A stretch of 64,000 nt of DNA from a virus (Duplodnaviria > Caudoviricetes). Position 1 is the stretch's first letter; every line of letters begins with the position of its first letter. The notes beneath the pieces were generated by a model. That model ran no database searches. It saw only the letters and a list, made by a program, of their open reading frames with translations, and was not told where the DNA came from. The DNA lies in IMG/VR virus record IMGVR_UViG_2627853700_000003, positions 1 through 64,000 of that record, one strand, 5' to 3'. Positions 49,845-58,476 of the stretch are shown here, piece by piece. A program made the translations under genes and the position numbers.

Positions 49845-50834
49845 TTAAATCAATTCTTCTTTTAAATCCAATTCTTCTGCATAAAGCTTCTTTACCACTT
49901 CTTCATTAACGTAATCTTTCATACTGTAAACAGCCCTAGACCTATTACTAACAACTAAATTAAAATCATCAATGATCTGGTATCTAACGGCATTATCTAT
50001 AACGCCTCTTTCCTTATAAAGCTGATATGCGCGATACAGATGTCCTGACCTTACAATTGTATTAGGCGTAAGAAAGTTTATTTTAAAGAACTCTGAGATA
50101 TCTGTAATTAAATTCGTAATTATATGTCTACCGGCTTGCCCTTCATTTTTTCCCCGGGTTATTTTGGTTTTGATTACATAATCATTGTCCACCAGTGACA
50201 CTGCTTTTGCCCAACCTTCACCTCTACCATTTTTCAATTGATACATGGTTTCCTTTGAAGCGTTTAATGCAATTATGAGACAATCACTACTAACTTTTAA
50301 TTTGCGATCTCCATTCTTTATGTCATGCAATGTTAGAACATTATCGTTTAGCATTGCTTCTTCAATTTGTTGCCGTGAAAGACTAAGAAGTTCGGAGTGC
50401 GCCATGCCTGAGATGCCTTCAAACAAACATCTTAGAACTGCTTTCGATTGATAATTGAGTAGTTTTTCTTGCATCTCTTCCAGTTCACTATAGGAGATGT
50501 ATAACTTTTTACCACCTAAGCACCCATATAGCTCTTCATTCGATATAGTTCTCGCTAAATTTACAGTACCCTTGCTCAAATTATAAGATGCTGCCCAATC
50601 GATATACATTGACAATAATGATAATGTTCTTTTTACACTCCCAATTGTTGTTTGATCGAATGATCGTATTAGCTCTAAAATCTGTACTGAAGTGAAATCA
50701 TAAATATCTTTTTTATAAAGATTTTCCGTTATTTCTGATTTTGAGAACAGGGGTCTCAACTGATGAGCTACTGCCTCTGTAACAGAATCTAAATACTTTT
50801 CCTTAATATCACTATTGAACATTGCATCAAACAT
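49845..50834 (-). CDS. yopR: Master repressor YopR (MrpR/SroF), integrase-fold
   Basis: Degenerate tyrosine-recombinase fold (LTPNTIVRSG); last gene of the operon downstream of aimP. Confidence 0.85.
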   Translation of the reverse strand: MFDAMFNSDIKEKYLDSVTEAVAHQLRPLFSKSEITENLYKKDIYDFTSVQILELIRSFDQTTIGSVKRTLSLLSMYIDWAASYNLSKGTVNLARTISNEELYGCLGGKKLYISYSELEEMQEKLLNYQSKAVLRCLFEGISGMAHSELLSLSRQQIEEAMLNDNVLTLHDIKNGDRKLKVSSDCLIIALNASKETMYQLKNGRGEGWAKAVSLVDNDYVIKTKITRGKNEGQAGRHIITNLITDISEFFKINFLTPNTIVRSGHLYRAYQLYKERGVIDNAVRYQIIDDFNLVVSNRSRAVYSMKDYVNEEVVKKLYAEELDLKEELI

Positions 50835-50842
50835 CTCCTAAG

Positions 50843-52234
50843 CTAATTAAATTGCTGCTCTATCTCTATTTCTCTGAAGAAGTCACAAATTTTTTGAGGA
50901 GCTCTCGGATTACCGTTACTATCAATGACCCCAAGCTCCTTCCAAAGAGGATTGTCTTTTCTGAAATCAATTGGTTTTAGTATCTCTTCAACCTTATTTT
51001 CTACATCATCAATCGATACATCTGATTCCTGTAATCGTTTCGCTAATTGAACATAGCCGTTAAAAAACAAATTGGCGTTAACAAGAGATCGCTTCCGTTC
51101 GTCTGCAATACTGCCTAAAAATTCATCAATATAAATATTGGCCATAGCATCAAAAAAGGCACTTAAGTATCTCCCGGTTTTCAAGATGTCTGCTTGATTG
51201 CTAAAATCCTTTTTAGAATAGTTGCGTTCAACAGCTTTCTTGAAATCCGAAAAAGTAATTAACAGGTTTTGCCCGCGGTTGATCCAATCACTGTTGGTCT
51301 TAATGTAATCGCCAATGAGACTGTTATCTTGAATAAACTTAACGATCTTATTCGAGAAATAATGCTGACTCATCTCAGCAACCTTAGATTTTTTCACTGG
51401 GTTTATAGTGTTCTGTTGTCCAAAATGCTCTCTAGCCTGTTTTTGAGTGTAATTGTATATGTCTACTTTGAACACACGCTTTAGCAAATGCTTTAATTCA
51501 GGATGTTGTCTAATAGCAGTGGTTATCCCGATAAGTCTATGATACCCGTCCAGCACGTCCAAAATTGTACCTTCAGTTACTGTTAAAGACATATTTTCTT
51601 CGTCATATATTAACTCAATTCCTTCATCCGCGCTGCCTACACGTGCATTAAAAGTGAACATTGAGCTTATTAATTTTCCCTCTTTAAACAACTCTTTAAT
51701 TTCATCTACTGATTTTTTATTTAATTCAGGAACAGGTATTTCAATATCAGTTCCTTCAAGTTTTTTGGTTTTATTTGTTCTTTGAGCATTCGGATTATAA
51801 TGAAGTAGCTTATTTTCAAATAGACGATAAAGCTCTTCAGCAGTAATCTGGAATGTTAAATTGCTATCTGAGTATTTAACAGCGTTTTTAAAGGTGTAAG
51901 GAAGTTTAATTTCGTCTTCCACTTCGCCTTCCCAAAGCGTTTCAATATCCTGCATATCGGCTTCAGTAAAATAATTGGCAGGGTTAAACCTTTCTGATTC
52001 AAGAATCTTGAATAGGCATTTAGCTAAAAAATACATGTATTCTTTAGAAAGGTCTAACTCTGGATTTTCTAATTCGTTAATTATTTTTTGTGTTGTACCA
52101 GGAGGTATTTTGAACTCCGCCATACCTATTTGGACATCATTTATAAAAGAGCGTATATGTTTTTTTTCAGAAAACACGTCTCTCATTTCGGTGAGCAATT
52201 TCTCATTTGCAGATTGGTCAAATATCACCGTCAT
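50843..52234 (-). CDS. yopQ: YopQ (SroE), DndB/ParB-like domain
   Basis: YNPNAQR, LDGYHR; synteny. Confidence 0.85.
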   Translation of the reverse strand: MTVIFDQSANEKLLTEMRDVFSEKKHIRSFINDVQIGMAEFKIPPGTTQKIINELENPELDLSKEYMYFLAKCLFKILESERFNPANYFTEADMQDIETLWEGEVEDEIKLPYTFKNAVKYSDSNLTFQITAEELYRLFENKLLHYNPNAQRTNKTKKLEGTDIEIPVPELNKKSVDEIKELFKEGKLISSMFTFNARVGSADEGIELIYDEENMSLTVTEGTILDVLDGYHRLIGITTAIRQHPELKHLLKRVFKVDIYNYTQKQAREHFGQQNTINPVKKSKVAEMSQHYFSNKIVKFIQDNSLIGDYIKTNSDWINRGQNLLITFSDFKKAVERNYSKKDFSNQADILKTGRYLSAFFDAMANIYIDEFLGSIADERKRSLVNANLFFNGYVQLAKRLQESDVSIDDVENKVEEILKPIDFRKDNPLWKELGVIDSNGNPRAPQKICDFFREIEIEQQFN

Positions 52235-52320
52235 TATATCACCTCATATTATGTTGCTAAAATAAAGTTACCAAAGGGAAACTTTATTATCAAGAGAAAA
52301 ATAAATAATAATTATTTTAA

Positions 52321-53409
52321 TCATTTCTCTTTTGATTCCGATTGGAATTTAATGAATTTATTCAGTATTGACGGCTCCACTGTTTCAAAAAAAGAAATAA
52401 AATCTTCTTTTTTAGCTTCATAAAGAATGTCAATTTCAATGTCCTCATCCATAATAACGCCTGCAGCCTTGGATATATCTTTTCTTTTACTCATATAACG
52501 TTCAGTGGTTGCTACACTGCTATGATTACCTTGTTCCCTTGCAGCTAATATGTCGTGACCAGTGTGTTCGTAAACATAGTCAATACCCACGCCCTTAAAA
52601 GAGTGAAATTTCAAGTCCCTCTCAGGCGGAATTCCCAGCCTTTCTTTAGACCGTTTTAGAGAATGTCTTAGAGATTGCTCAGATAGACCTTTAAAAACAT
52701 AATCCGTGTCGACTGCGTTTTCATCTCTTAGTTCTAAAAGCTCTTCATAAAAAGATTTATTGATCCCAGTAGACACCACTTTAGAGCCCTTGTCTAAAAC
52801 TGAAACCACATAATGACCGGTCGTCGGATCAAGTTCAAAATCAATCCATCTTAATACTAATAATGCACTAAGACGAAAAGAAGTTCTTGCTGCTGCCTTC
52901 ACACACAGTTTTTTGTGTAATGGTTTTTGACGTTCGTTAATATACATATCTTCTGCTATAAGATCAGCTTCTTCTTTGTTTGTTCTTCCCCAATTCTTCT
53001 CAACTGTTTTCAACTTTCCAACAGAGTCAAATACACTTAAATCAATAAATTCTTTGTAATCGTGGCTAAGGTATTTATATAGCATTCTTAAGGATGCTAA
53101 TTTTCTTTTAATACTCTTATTTACAAGTCCTTTACTTTGAAGATGTTTTATATACCCAGCAAGATCACTTTTAGTGATTACTAAATCATTTTCAGACAAA
53201 TATTCGATTTCTTTTTCTTTTAGGATTCTGAAAAATTGCTTTATATCACATGCGTAATTTTTTCGAGTATTAGAAACAGCAGTTAAATCCTGAGTTTGGT
53301 ACTTTGAGTTACCTGAGCTACTGGCTATGTCCTTGGTGTAGAGAAAGCTCATAATATCCTCAAACACCTTGTATTCCTTAATAGGTTTAATTTCTGCACT
53401 CATCGTCAT
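52321..53409 (-). CDS. yopP: YopP (SroD), tyrosine recombinase family
   Basis: SFRLSAL, DKGSK, FHSFK, GNHSS, TTERY; SD GGAGG before ATG at 53409. Confidence 0.85.
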   Translation of the reverse strand: MTMSAEIKPIKEYKVFEDIMSFLYTKDIASSSGNSKYQTQDLTAVSNTRKNYACDIKQFFRILKEKEIEYLSENDLVITKSDLAGYIKHLQSKGLVNKSIKRKLASLRMLYKYLSHDYKEFIDLSVFDSVGKLKTVEKNWGRTNKEEADLIAEDMYINERQKPLHKKLCVKAAARTSFRLSALLVLRWIDFELDPTTGHYVVSVLDKGSKVVSTGINKSFYEELLELRDENAVDTDYVFKGLSEQSLRHSLKRSKERLGIPPERDLKFHSFKGVGIDYVYEHTGHDILAAREQGNHSSVATTERYMSKRKDISKAAGVIMDEDIEIDILYEAKKEDFISFFETVEPSILNKFIKFQSESKEK

Positions 53410-53620
53410 GTTCCTCCCTCCGTTTAAATTCGCTATCATAAATTAGATCATCAATGGAAACATCCAGTACCAAAGCGATCAGCTTAACGGAAGTTACATC
53501 TCCCTCATGCGGTTCATTAATGATTTTCTTGAGTTTATCAATATTAATCATTGTTTCTTTTGCAATCTGTTCCATTGTGATGTTGCGTTCTTCCATCAGC
53601 TTTTTAATTCGCTTTGACAT
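53387..53620 (-). CDS. yopO: YopO (SroC) Xre-HTH regulator
   Basis: HTH pattern; synteny. Confidence 0.8.
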   Translation of the reverse strand: MSKRIKKLMEERNITMEQIAKETMINIDKLKKIINEPHEGDVTSVKLIALVLDVSIDDLIYDSEFKRREEHDDECRN

Positions 53621-53664
53621 AGGATACTCCTTATAAGTTATGTATAATAAGGATATGCCCGCCT

Positions 53665-54003
53665 CTAGAGTTGCGGTTTATAAATAAATTGCTCAAATTC
53701 AATTGAGATATGTGTTTTTAAATTCTCCATAAAAGCTATAAGCGTAGCATAATGAGGATTAGACTCTGCAGTTCTAGACAGCGCATCTCCGCCTCTGAGC
53801 ACGTGCTCTATATCCTGAAGCAATGCTTTCACTTCCGTTTTTGCTTTAAATAGGTCGCTTTGAGTCTTTGCGTTAAGTATGATTTTTCTGATGTCCAATA
53901 TACTATTTAGATATGTCTCAACAGCCATTTTAGTAAAGTTTTCATCAATGCTCTTAGTACAGCTAATTTTCTTCTTAGTAGCCTTTAAATCCACTACTTG
54001 CAT
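53665..54003 (-). CDS. yopN: YopN (SroB)-like protein
   Basis: Synteny in the sro operon. Confidence 0.65.
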   Translation of the reverse strand: MQVVDLKATKKKISCTKSIDENFTKMAVETYLNSILDIRKIILNAKTQSDLFKAKTEVKALLQDIEHVLRGGDALSRTAESNPHYATLIAFMENLKTHISIEFEQFIYKPQL

Positions 54004-54008
54004 GGGTA

Positions 54009-54209
54009 CTAACCCTCCTTACACACGCTCAATAATTTCATATAACCCTTAGTCATTTCCTTTCTAACGGTTTCTCCTCTCTTTATTTTTTCTTTTTCTA
54101 ATTCCTTTTCGTTTGCAAAGAAATCGTTATGTGCAATATTTTCAAACTTATTCTGATATAAGGTTTTATGTAATGTCATGCTGCTTTGCAAATACTTTAT
54201 AGCCGACAT
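54009..54209 (-). CDS. yopM: YopM (SroA)-like protein
   Basis: 66 aa; SD GGAGG; synteny. Confidence 0.65.
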   Translation of the reverse strand: MSAIKYLQSSMTLHKTLYQNKFENIAHNDFFANEKELEKEKIKRGETVRKEMTKGYMKLLSVCKEG

Positions 54210-54391
54210 AATTTCGCCTCCCGAACCAATACTTATTTTTTCTTTTTATTTCTAAATTCATTTTAATGCATTAATCCTAATAAGTAAAGATGTTTTAACG
54301 ACAAATAGCACATTCTTTTTAATCTTTTTTCGAATGCGCTTTGAAAAGTTATTTTGTTTTTCATTATTTGGTTTCAGTATGTATAGGGAGT

Positions 54392-54428
54392 TCCACTAGA
54401 GTTTTCAAAAATTAAATAATCTCGTGAG
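54392..54428. promoter_or_regulatory. Putative AimR operator (37 bp, 6-25-6 layout)
   Basis: TCCACTAGAG...CTCGTGAG aligns with the recalled SPbeta box ATCACTAGATG...TAAGTGAT; lies downstream of the aimP terminator. Confidence 0.55.
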
Positions 54429-54440
54429 TGTCTTTAAAGT

Positions 54441-54476
54441 ACAAAAGACGCTTAGCTCGATAGAGCCAAACGTCTT
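54441..54476 (-). terminator. Intrinsic terminator downstream of aimP
   Basis: AAGACGTTTGGCTC-TATC-GAGCTAAGCGTCTT-TTGT; 14-bp stem with two G-U pairs. Confidence 0.8.
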
Positions 54477-54535
54477 CCATTTCTAAGTTATTAAATTAAG
54501 TAAATGATACTAAATATCCCCTTATGTGTCAATGA

Positions 54536-54664
54536 CTAAGCTCCTCGAACAACTCCTGCAACTTCGTAATCACCTGAAGCCTGTTCATTTGAGACTAATT
54601 TGACTGATGCATACGAAAACATTAGAACTGCTGCGATTGTAATCCCCATAAATAGTTTTTTCAT
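54536..54664 (-). CDS. aimP: Arbitrium pre-pro-peptide AimP, predicted mature hexapeptide GVVRGA
   Basis: SD AAAGGAGGTG; MKKLFMGITIAAVLMFSYASVKLVSNEQASGDYEVAGVVRGA*. Confidence 0.95.
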   Translation of the reverse strand: MKKLFMGITIAAVLMFSYASVKLVSNEQASGDYEVAGVVRGA

Positions 54665-54690
54665 AATATCACCTCCTTTCAGTTATTTGT

Positions 54691-55851
54691 TTACATAGAA
54701 ATAATTTTTAGTAGCCTTGGATTCTCACCTAAGCTCTCCAATTTAATAAGAGGCATTTTAATAAAAAGCTTGTCTTGCGAAAGTTTAAAATATTCAACTG
54801 ATTTATAAAATGCTTCTTTATCATTGGTTATAAGACCCTCTAAGTAATAATGAAACCCAAGATCATTTTCGTTTTGCTTTTTTCTTTCCAGACTCTTTAA
54901 CAAAGTTAAAGCTCTCTCCAATTTTTTTTGGTTTATAAGTTCAAAAATAACTTCTTGGACATCAGTCACTGCATTTGAATCGTAGTTGATCCATGGATTT
55001 TCTTTATTCCAAAAGTTATTTAAAAAGCTCAAATTTCTCTTGAAGAATTCTTCAAAAACACTGTTCCCTTTTGCAATTTCATAGCCAGATAAATAATTCT
55101 GCTTGCTTAAGGCATAGTCGGAAAAAATATAGGACGTACCTATTGTTAAATAACTAAAAACCAAAAAACGTTTGGTATCAGTTGATTTAATCGCTTTTTC
55201 TGCATACTTTCTAGACAATTCAAGTTCATTTTCATTTAAATAAATATTAGATAAAAGAACGTAAATTCTAGTCTCAAACGACTTTTTCAAATAATTATTT
55301 TCTTTAATATCATTAAGGTCTATTTGCTTCAGTAAAGACTTCATCGGAGAGAAGTTCCCTTTACTTAAATAGTCGTACATGGGAATCATTTTTGAAAAAA
55401 TATTCATTTCATCAGTTTTGATTCTGTACTTTCCAATATTTTTTGATGCTTCTAGAACATCTATCTCTCCTCTTGATAGCTTCCTATGTATCTCGTAAAT
55501 TTTTCCGTACTCTTTACTTTTCAAATTAGAGGCGATGCTCATTTTTTCTACCAGCTTATCAGTTAGAGTATTAAAACTGTTAGCGTCTGCATATTCCAGT
55601 GCGCTTCTTGCAGCCTTAGTATTTGGGTCAAGCAATAGACAGTAATTTTCCATGAGTTCATATTCTTGGTCAGGGTAGTGGGTCTTCACAATGTTAACTA
55701 TCGAGTTAAATTCACTAAAAGTCTTACCATCATGGTTTAGGAAATCGTAAAGAGGGTTTGGGTTTTTAAGACCAGCTACCGCAGCCCATTTACTCATGAG
55801 TGATTTATCATTTTCTAAATCTTTCCGCATAGCTATTCTTATAAGCTCCAT
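54691..55851 (-). CDS. aimR: Arbitrium receptor AimR (HTH + TPR, RRNPP family)
   Basis: MELIRIAMRKDLENDKSLMSKWA..., 386 aa, directly upstream of aimP. Confidence 0.95.
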   Translation of the reverse strand: MELIRIAMRKDLENDKSLMSKWAAVAGLKNPNPLYDFLNHDGKTFSEFNSIVNIVKTHYPDQEYELMENYCLLLDPNTKAARSALEYADANSFNTLTDKLVEKMSIASNLKSKEYGKIYEIHRKLSRGEIDVLEASKNIGKYRIKTDEMNIFSKMIPMYDYLSKGNFSPMKSLLKQIDLNDIKENNYLKKSFETRIYVLLSNIYLNENELELSRKYAEKAIKSTDTKRFLVFSYLTIGTSYIFSDYALSKQNYLSGYEIAKGNSVFEEFFKRNLSFLNNFWNKENPWINYDSNAVTDVQEVIFELINQKKLERALTLLKSLERKKQNENDLGFHYYLEGLITNDKEAFYKSVEYFKLSQDKLFIKMPLIKLESLGENPRLLKIISM

Positions 55852-55892
55852 TCATTTCCCCTCTTTTCATATGTTCCTTTATTTATAGTCTT

Positions 55893-55946
55893 ATAATACA
55901 GAATAAACACAATTCAGTCAATAGTTTATACTTATTTTTTATTTTT
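55893..55946 (-). promoter_or_regulatory. aimR promoter TTGACT-17-TATTAT with upstream SPBRE-like operator
   Basis: Direct reading; TATACTTATTTTTTATTT at about 55927. Confidence 0.65.
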
Positions 55947-56277
55947 ATATGTTTAAAATTCGTATTTTATATAAACACAATGAGGGTTAATCCTCATCGT
56001 GCATAACTGGCCAAAAATATTTCTCTATCTTCTTTTTTATTTCCTTTTGTGCATCTTCATCAAGTTTATTGAATAAAGATTTCATAAGCGAACGTTGCTC
56101 AAATATAATAAAGTTTCCATATTTTTATTTCTTCGTCTTATATGTTCAGCACGCTTCACTCCTTCTTTGTATCCTCTTTTAAAAGCATCGGATTCCAACT
56201 TATTGAATTCATATTGTTTCTGAATCTCTTCATAGCCCATGTTTTATTCCGCCTTTTGTAAATCTCAATTTAAATAC

Positions 56278-56940
56278 TCACCATGATACTGCTTCTTCAA
56301 TATTTAATCCAAAGACATTCAAAAAAAGCTCAAAAAGATAATTAGATTCCTTTTCTCCGCCGCAATACTCTGGTGATAACGCAACAGTAATCATATCCCA
56401 TACCCACATATTATCCCTGATATTTTCTAGTTGTGTTATTATTGAATCTTCTGGTAATAAAACGGCGTTTGAATTGTAATCATTAAAATTTTTATTAAAA
56501 AAGTCTAGATCGAGGTCGAGGATTACACTTGTCCCCTCCGTCTCTTTATACCACCTGTGTCTTAGGTTTTGTTCATAATGATTATATGAATATGCTCTTT
56601 GGAAAGTATCATTTTGTTCAATGTGCACGCTATCGTCACTAATAGTGAAACATTTTTTTATTGTCCCTATTCTTTGTGCTGGCAATATAAATTCTGAAAC
56701 ATCTAATTGAGATGCTACTTCTTTTGCCTTCAATTCACTGTCAATACCTTTTGCATTTACTGGATTATCACAGTAATCAAGATGTGCGTCTATATGGATT
56801 AATGATGCACCAGGTTGAATATCCCCCCGCAATCTTCCTATCTCCCAAGCTGCAAACGCAAAGTTGTGGTCTCTCATTATAAATATTTTCTTGTTAGGAA
56901 AACTTATACGATATCCTTCTTTAATTATTTCTTCGGTCAT
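56278..56940 (-). CDS. UPF0489 (arginase/deacetylase-fold) protein
   Basis: DHNFAF..W, IHIDAHLD, LDLDLDFF, ITVALSPEYCG. Confidence 0.75.
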   Translation of the reverse strand: MTEEIIKEGYRISFPNKKIFIMRDHNFAFAAWEIGRLRGDIQPGASLIHIDAHLDYCDNPVNAKGIDSELKAKEVASQLDVSEFILPAQRIGTIKKCFTISDDSVHIEQNDTFQRAYSYNHYEQNLRHRWYKETEGTSVILDLDLDFFNKNFNDYNSNAVLLPEDSIITQLENIRDNMWVWDMITVALSPEYCGGEKESNYLFELFLNVFGLNIEEAVSW

Positions 56941-56958
56941 TATAACCCCCCCTAATTT

Positions 56959-57495
56959 TTATAAATTATATCTTTTTAAATCTTCTAAAACTCTATTATG
57001 ATATTCGGGATCTTCTTCTATAACATCATATACAATTTTAGTTTTCGTGTATTTGTCAGTCCAAGACATATCAAATGTATCTTGTGAACTCACTAATAAT
57101 ATTTTCTTGATGTTTTTAAAAACGGTAATATCCTGCATTAACTCTTCTCTCAGCTTTTGTTTTGTCAGAGGCATAAGAGGATAAACAATAGCAAAGTCTA
57201 AATCATTCGGTGTATTCCCCCATGTGCTTTTTGTAATAGTGTCGATATAAATTGAGCTTCCGTTCAAATTATAAGGAATTCCTGTTTTTAAAGCACGTGA
57301 GGCCTGCATAAATTCCTTGGCATTATTTAAGCTACTTGTTCTAAGCATGATTTTTGATCCAACAAAATTCTCTGTTATTGTTTTAAGTACAAGTTCATGT
57401 TTCTTATACATGTTCGTCCCAGTTACTAAAGCAATTTTTTCATTTGATTCAATGAAAGTTAGTATTTTTTTAATAGCTTGAGTCTTATTGTTCAT
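56959..57495 (-). CDS. yopH: YopH-like protein
   Basis: 178 aa; synteny. Confidence 0.6.
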   Translation of the reverse strand: MNNKTQAIKKILTFIESNEKIALVTGTNMYKKHELVLKTITENFVGSKIMLRTSSLNNAKEFMQASRALKTGIPYNLNGSSIYIDTITKSTWGNTPNDLDFAIVYPLMPLTKQKLREELMQDITVFKNIKKILLVSSQDTFDMSWTDKYTKTKIVYDVIEEDPEYHNRVLEDLKRYNL

Positions 57496-57547
57496 TAATT
57501 ATCTCCTTTGGTTCCTTTTTTAAAAATCTGAAAGGCACATTTCTTCA

Positions 57548-57560
57548 GAACGTACGTTTC
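57548..57560. promoter_or_regulatory. LexA (SOS) box
   Basis: GAACGTACGTTTC fits (C)GAACRNRYGTTYC. Confidence 0.65.
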
Positions 57561-57595
57561 TTCTGACCAGTTTTTTTGTTTTTTCATGCTATTCA

Positions 57596-57733
57596 TTAAA
57601 GCCGCTTCCATTCAACCCACTCAAATCGTTGCTGATAAAGGTCTTCCAGGATTGCAGCCCATTCAACCCAACCTTCAGCAACGATACTTTTCTTCTCCCC
57701 ATCTTCAATCCATTCAATCCAGTACACCTGCAT
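57596..57733 (-). CDS. yopG: YopG-like Trp-rich small protein
   Basis: Hand-translated MQVYWIEWIEDGEKKSIVAEGWVEWAAILEDLYQQRFEWVEWKRL*; SD GAGGAG. Confidence 0.65.
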   Translation of the reverse strand: MQVYWIEWIEDGEKKSIVAEGWVEWAAILEDLYQQRFEWVEWKRL

Positions 57734-57738
57734 ACTCC

Positions 57739-57954
57739 TCACCTAATAATAATTTCGATTTGTCTTATAGCAGAAGTGACTTTAAACTCTGTATGTAGCT
57801 CGTTTGCGATCACTAAAGCTTCTGACATTGTAGTGAACTTAGAAGCGCTATGAAGCCCCTTAGATGTCTTATAACCACTTCCATCTAATTTAAATGACTT
57901 GAAGTAATCATCATTTTCAAATTGAATAACAAAAAAGGTATCGATAACCGGCAT
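57739..57954 (-). CDS. yopF: YopF-like protein
   Basis: 71 aa; synteny. Confidence 0.6.
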   Translation of the reverse strand: MPVIDTFFVIQFENDDYFKSFKLDGSGYKTSKGLHSASKFTTMSEALVIANELHTEFKVTSAIRQIEIIIR

Positions 57955-57956
57955 AG

Positions 57957-58208
57957 CTAACTCCTCTTCAGCAGACCAGCAATTTTTATGGCCAGTGGCA
58001 GCAATCCAATTAATATGTAAAACACCATGATATTTATTTTATTCTTAAAGAACAGTTCAATCATATTCTGCTCCATACCTGGTGAAAATGAATCAATCAG
58101 TTCCTGCTTAAACTCCTCATCATAAACCTGATCAACAAATAAGGCCTTAAATCCCGTTAGAAAGCCAACACCAAGCCAGAGTATTAAGAAATATGCTATT
58201 CCAATCAA
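57957..58208 (-). CDS. yopE: YopE-like membrane protein
   Basis: 83 aa, two TM segments; synteny. Confidence 0.6.
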   Translation of the reverse strand: MIGIAYFLILWLGVGFLTGFKALFVDQVYDEEFKQELIDSFSPGMEQNMIELFFKNKINIMVFYILIGLLPLAIKIAGLLKRS

Positions 58209-58278
58209 ATTAAAACCCTCCTTATATACATCGTCTGGTATTATAGTAGTGTTAAATACTTTGTGTAGGTGAAATTTA

Positions 58279-58461
58279 ATGGAAGAGAAAGATTTTGAGA
58301 CTAATGGCTACGATGTAACAGTTGTATATGATTATAAGGAGTATCCTGATGTTAAATATGGACGCTGTGACAATTGTGATTACGCTTTATTCAAGAGTTC
58401 AGTGAAAAGTGGTGTGTTTTTGCGTGAATGTCGACGATGTGGTATGAAAAAGAGCATTTAG
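58279..58461 (+). CDS. Small zinc-ribbon protein
   Basis: CDNC...CRRC; SD AGGTG. Confidence 0.6.
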   Translation: MEEKDFETNGYDVTVVYDYKEYPDVKYGRCDNCDYALFKSSVKSGVFLRECRRCGMKKSI

Positions 58462-58476
58462 TTTAATGCTCTTTTC
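58447..58476. terminator. Bidirectional terminator between convergent genes
   Basis: AAAAGAGCATT...AATGCTCTTTT. Confidence 0.65.

Noticed and set aside
54263-54364. 33-codon minus-strand ORF (MKNKITFQSAFEKRLK...) at the aimX position
   Set aside because: No SD and no resemblance to the MazE-like AimX of phi3T
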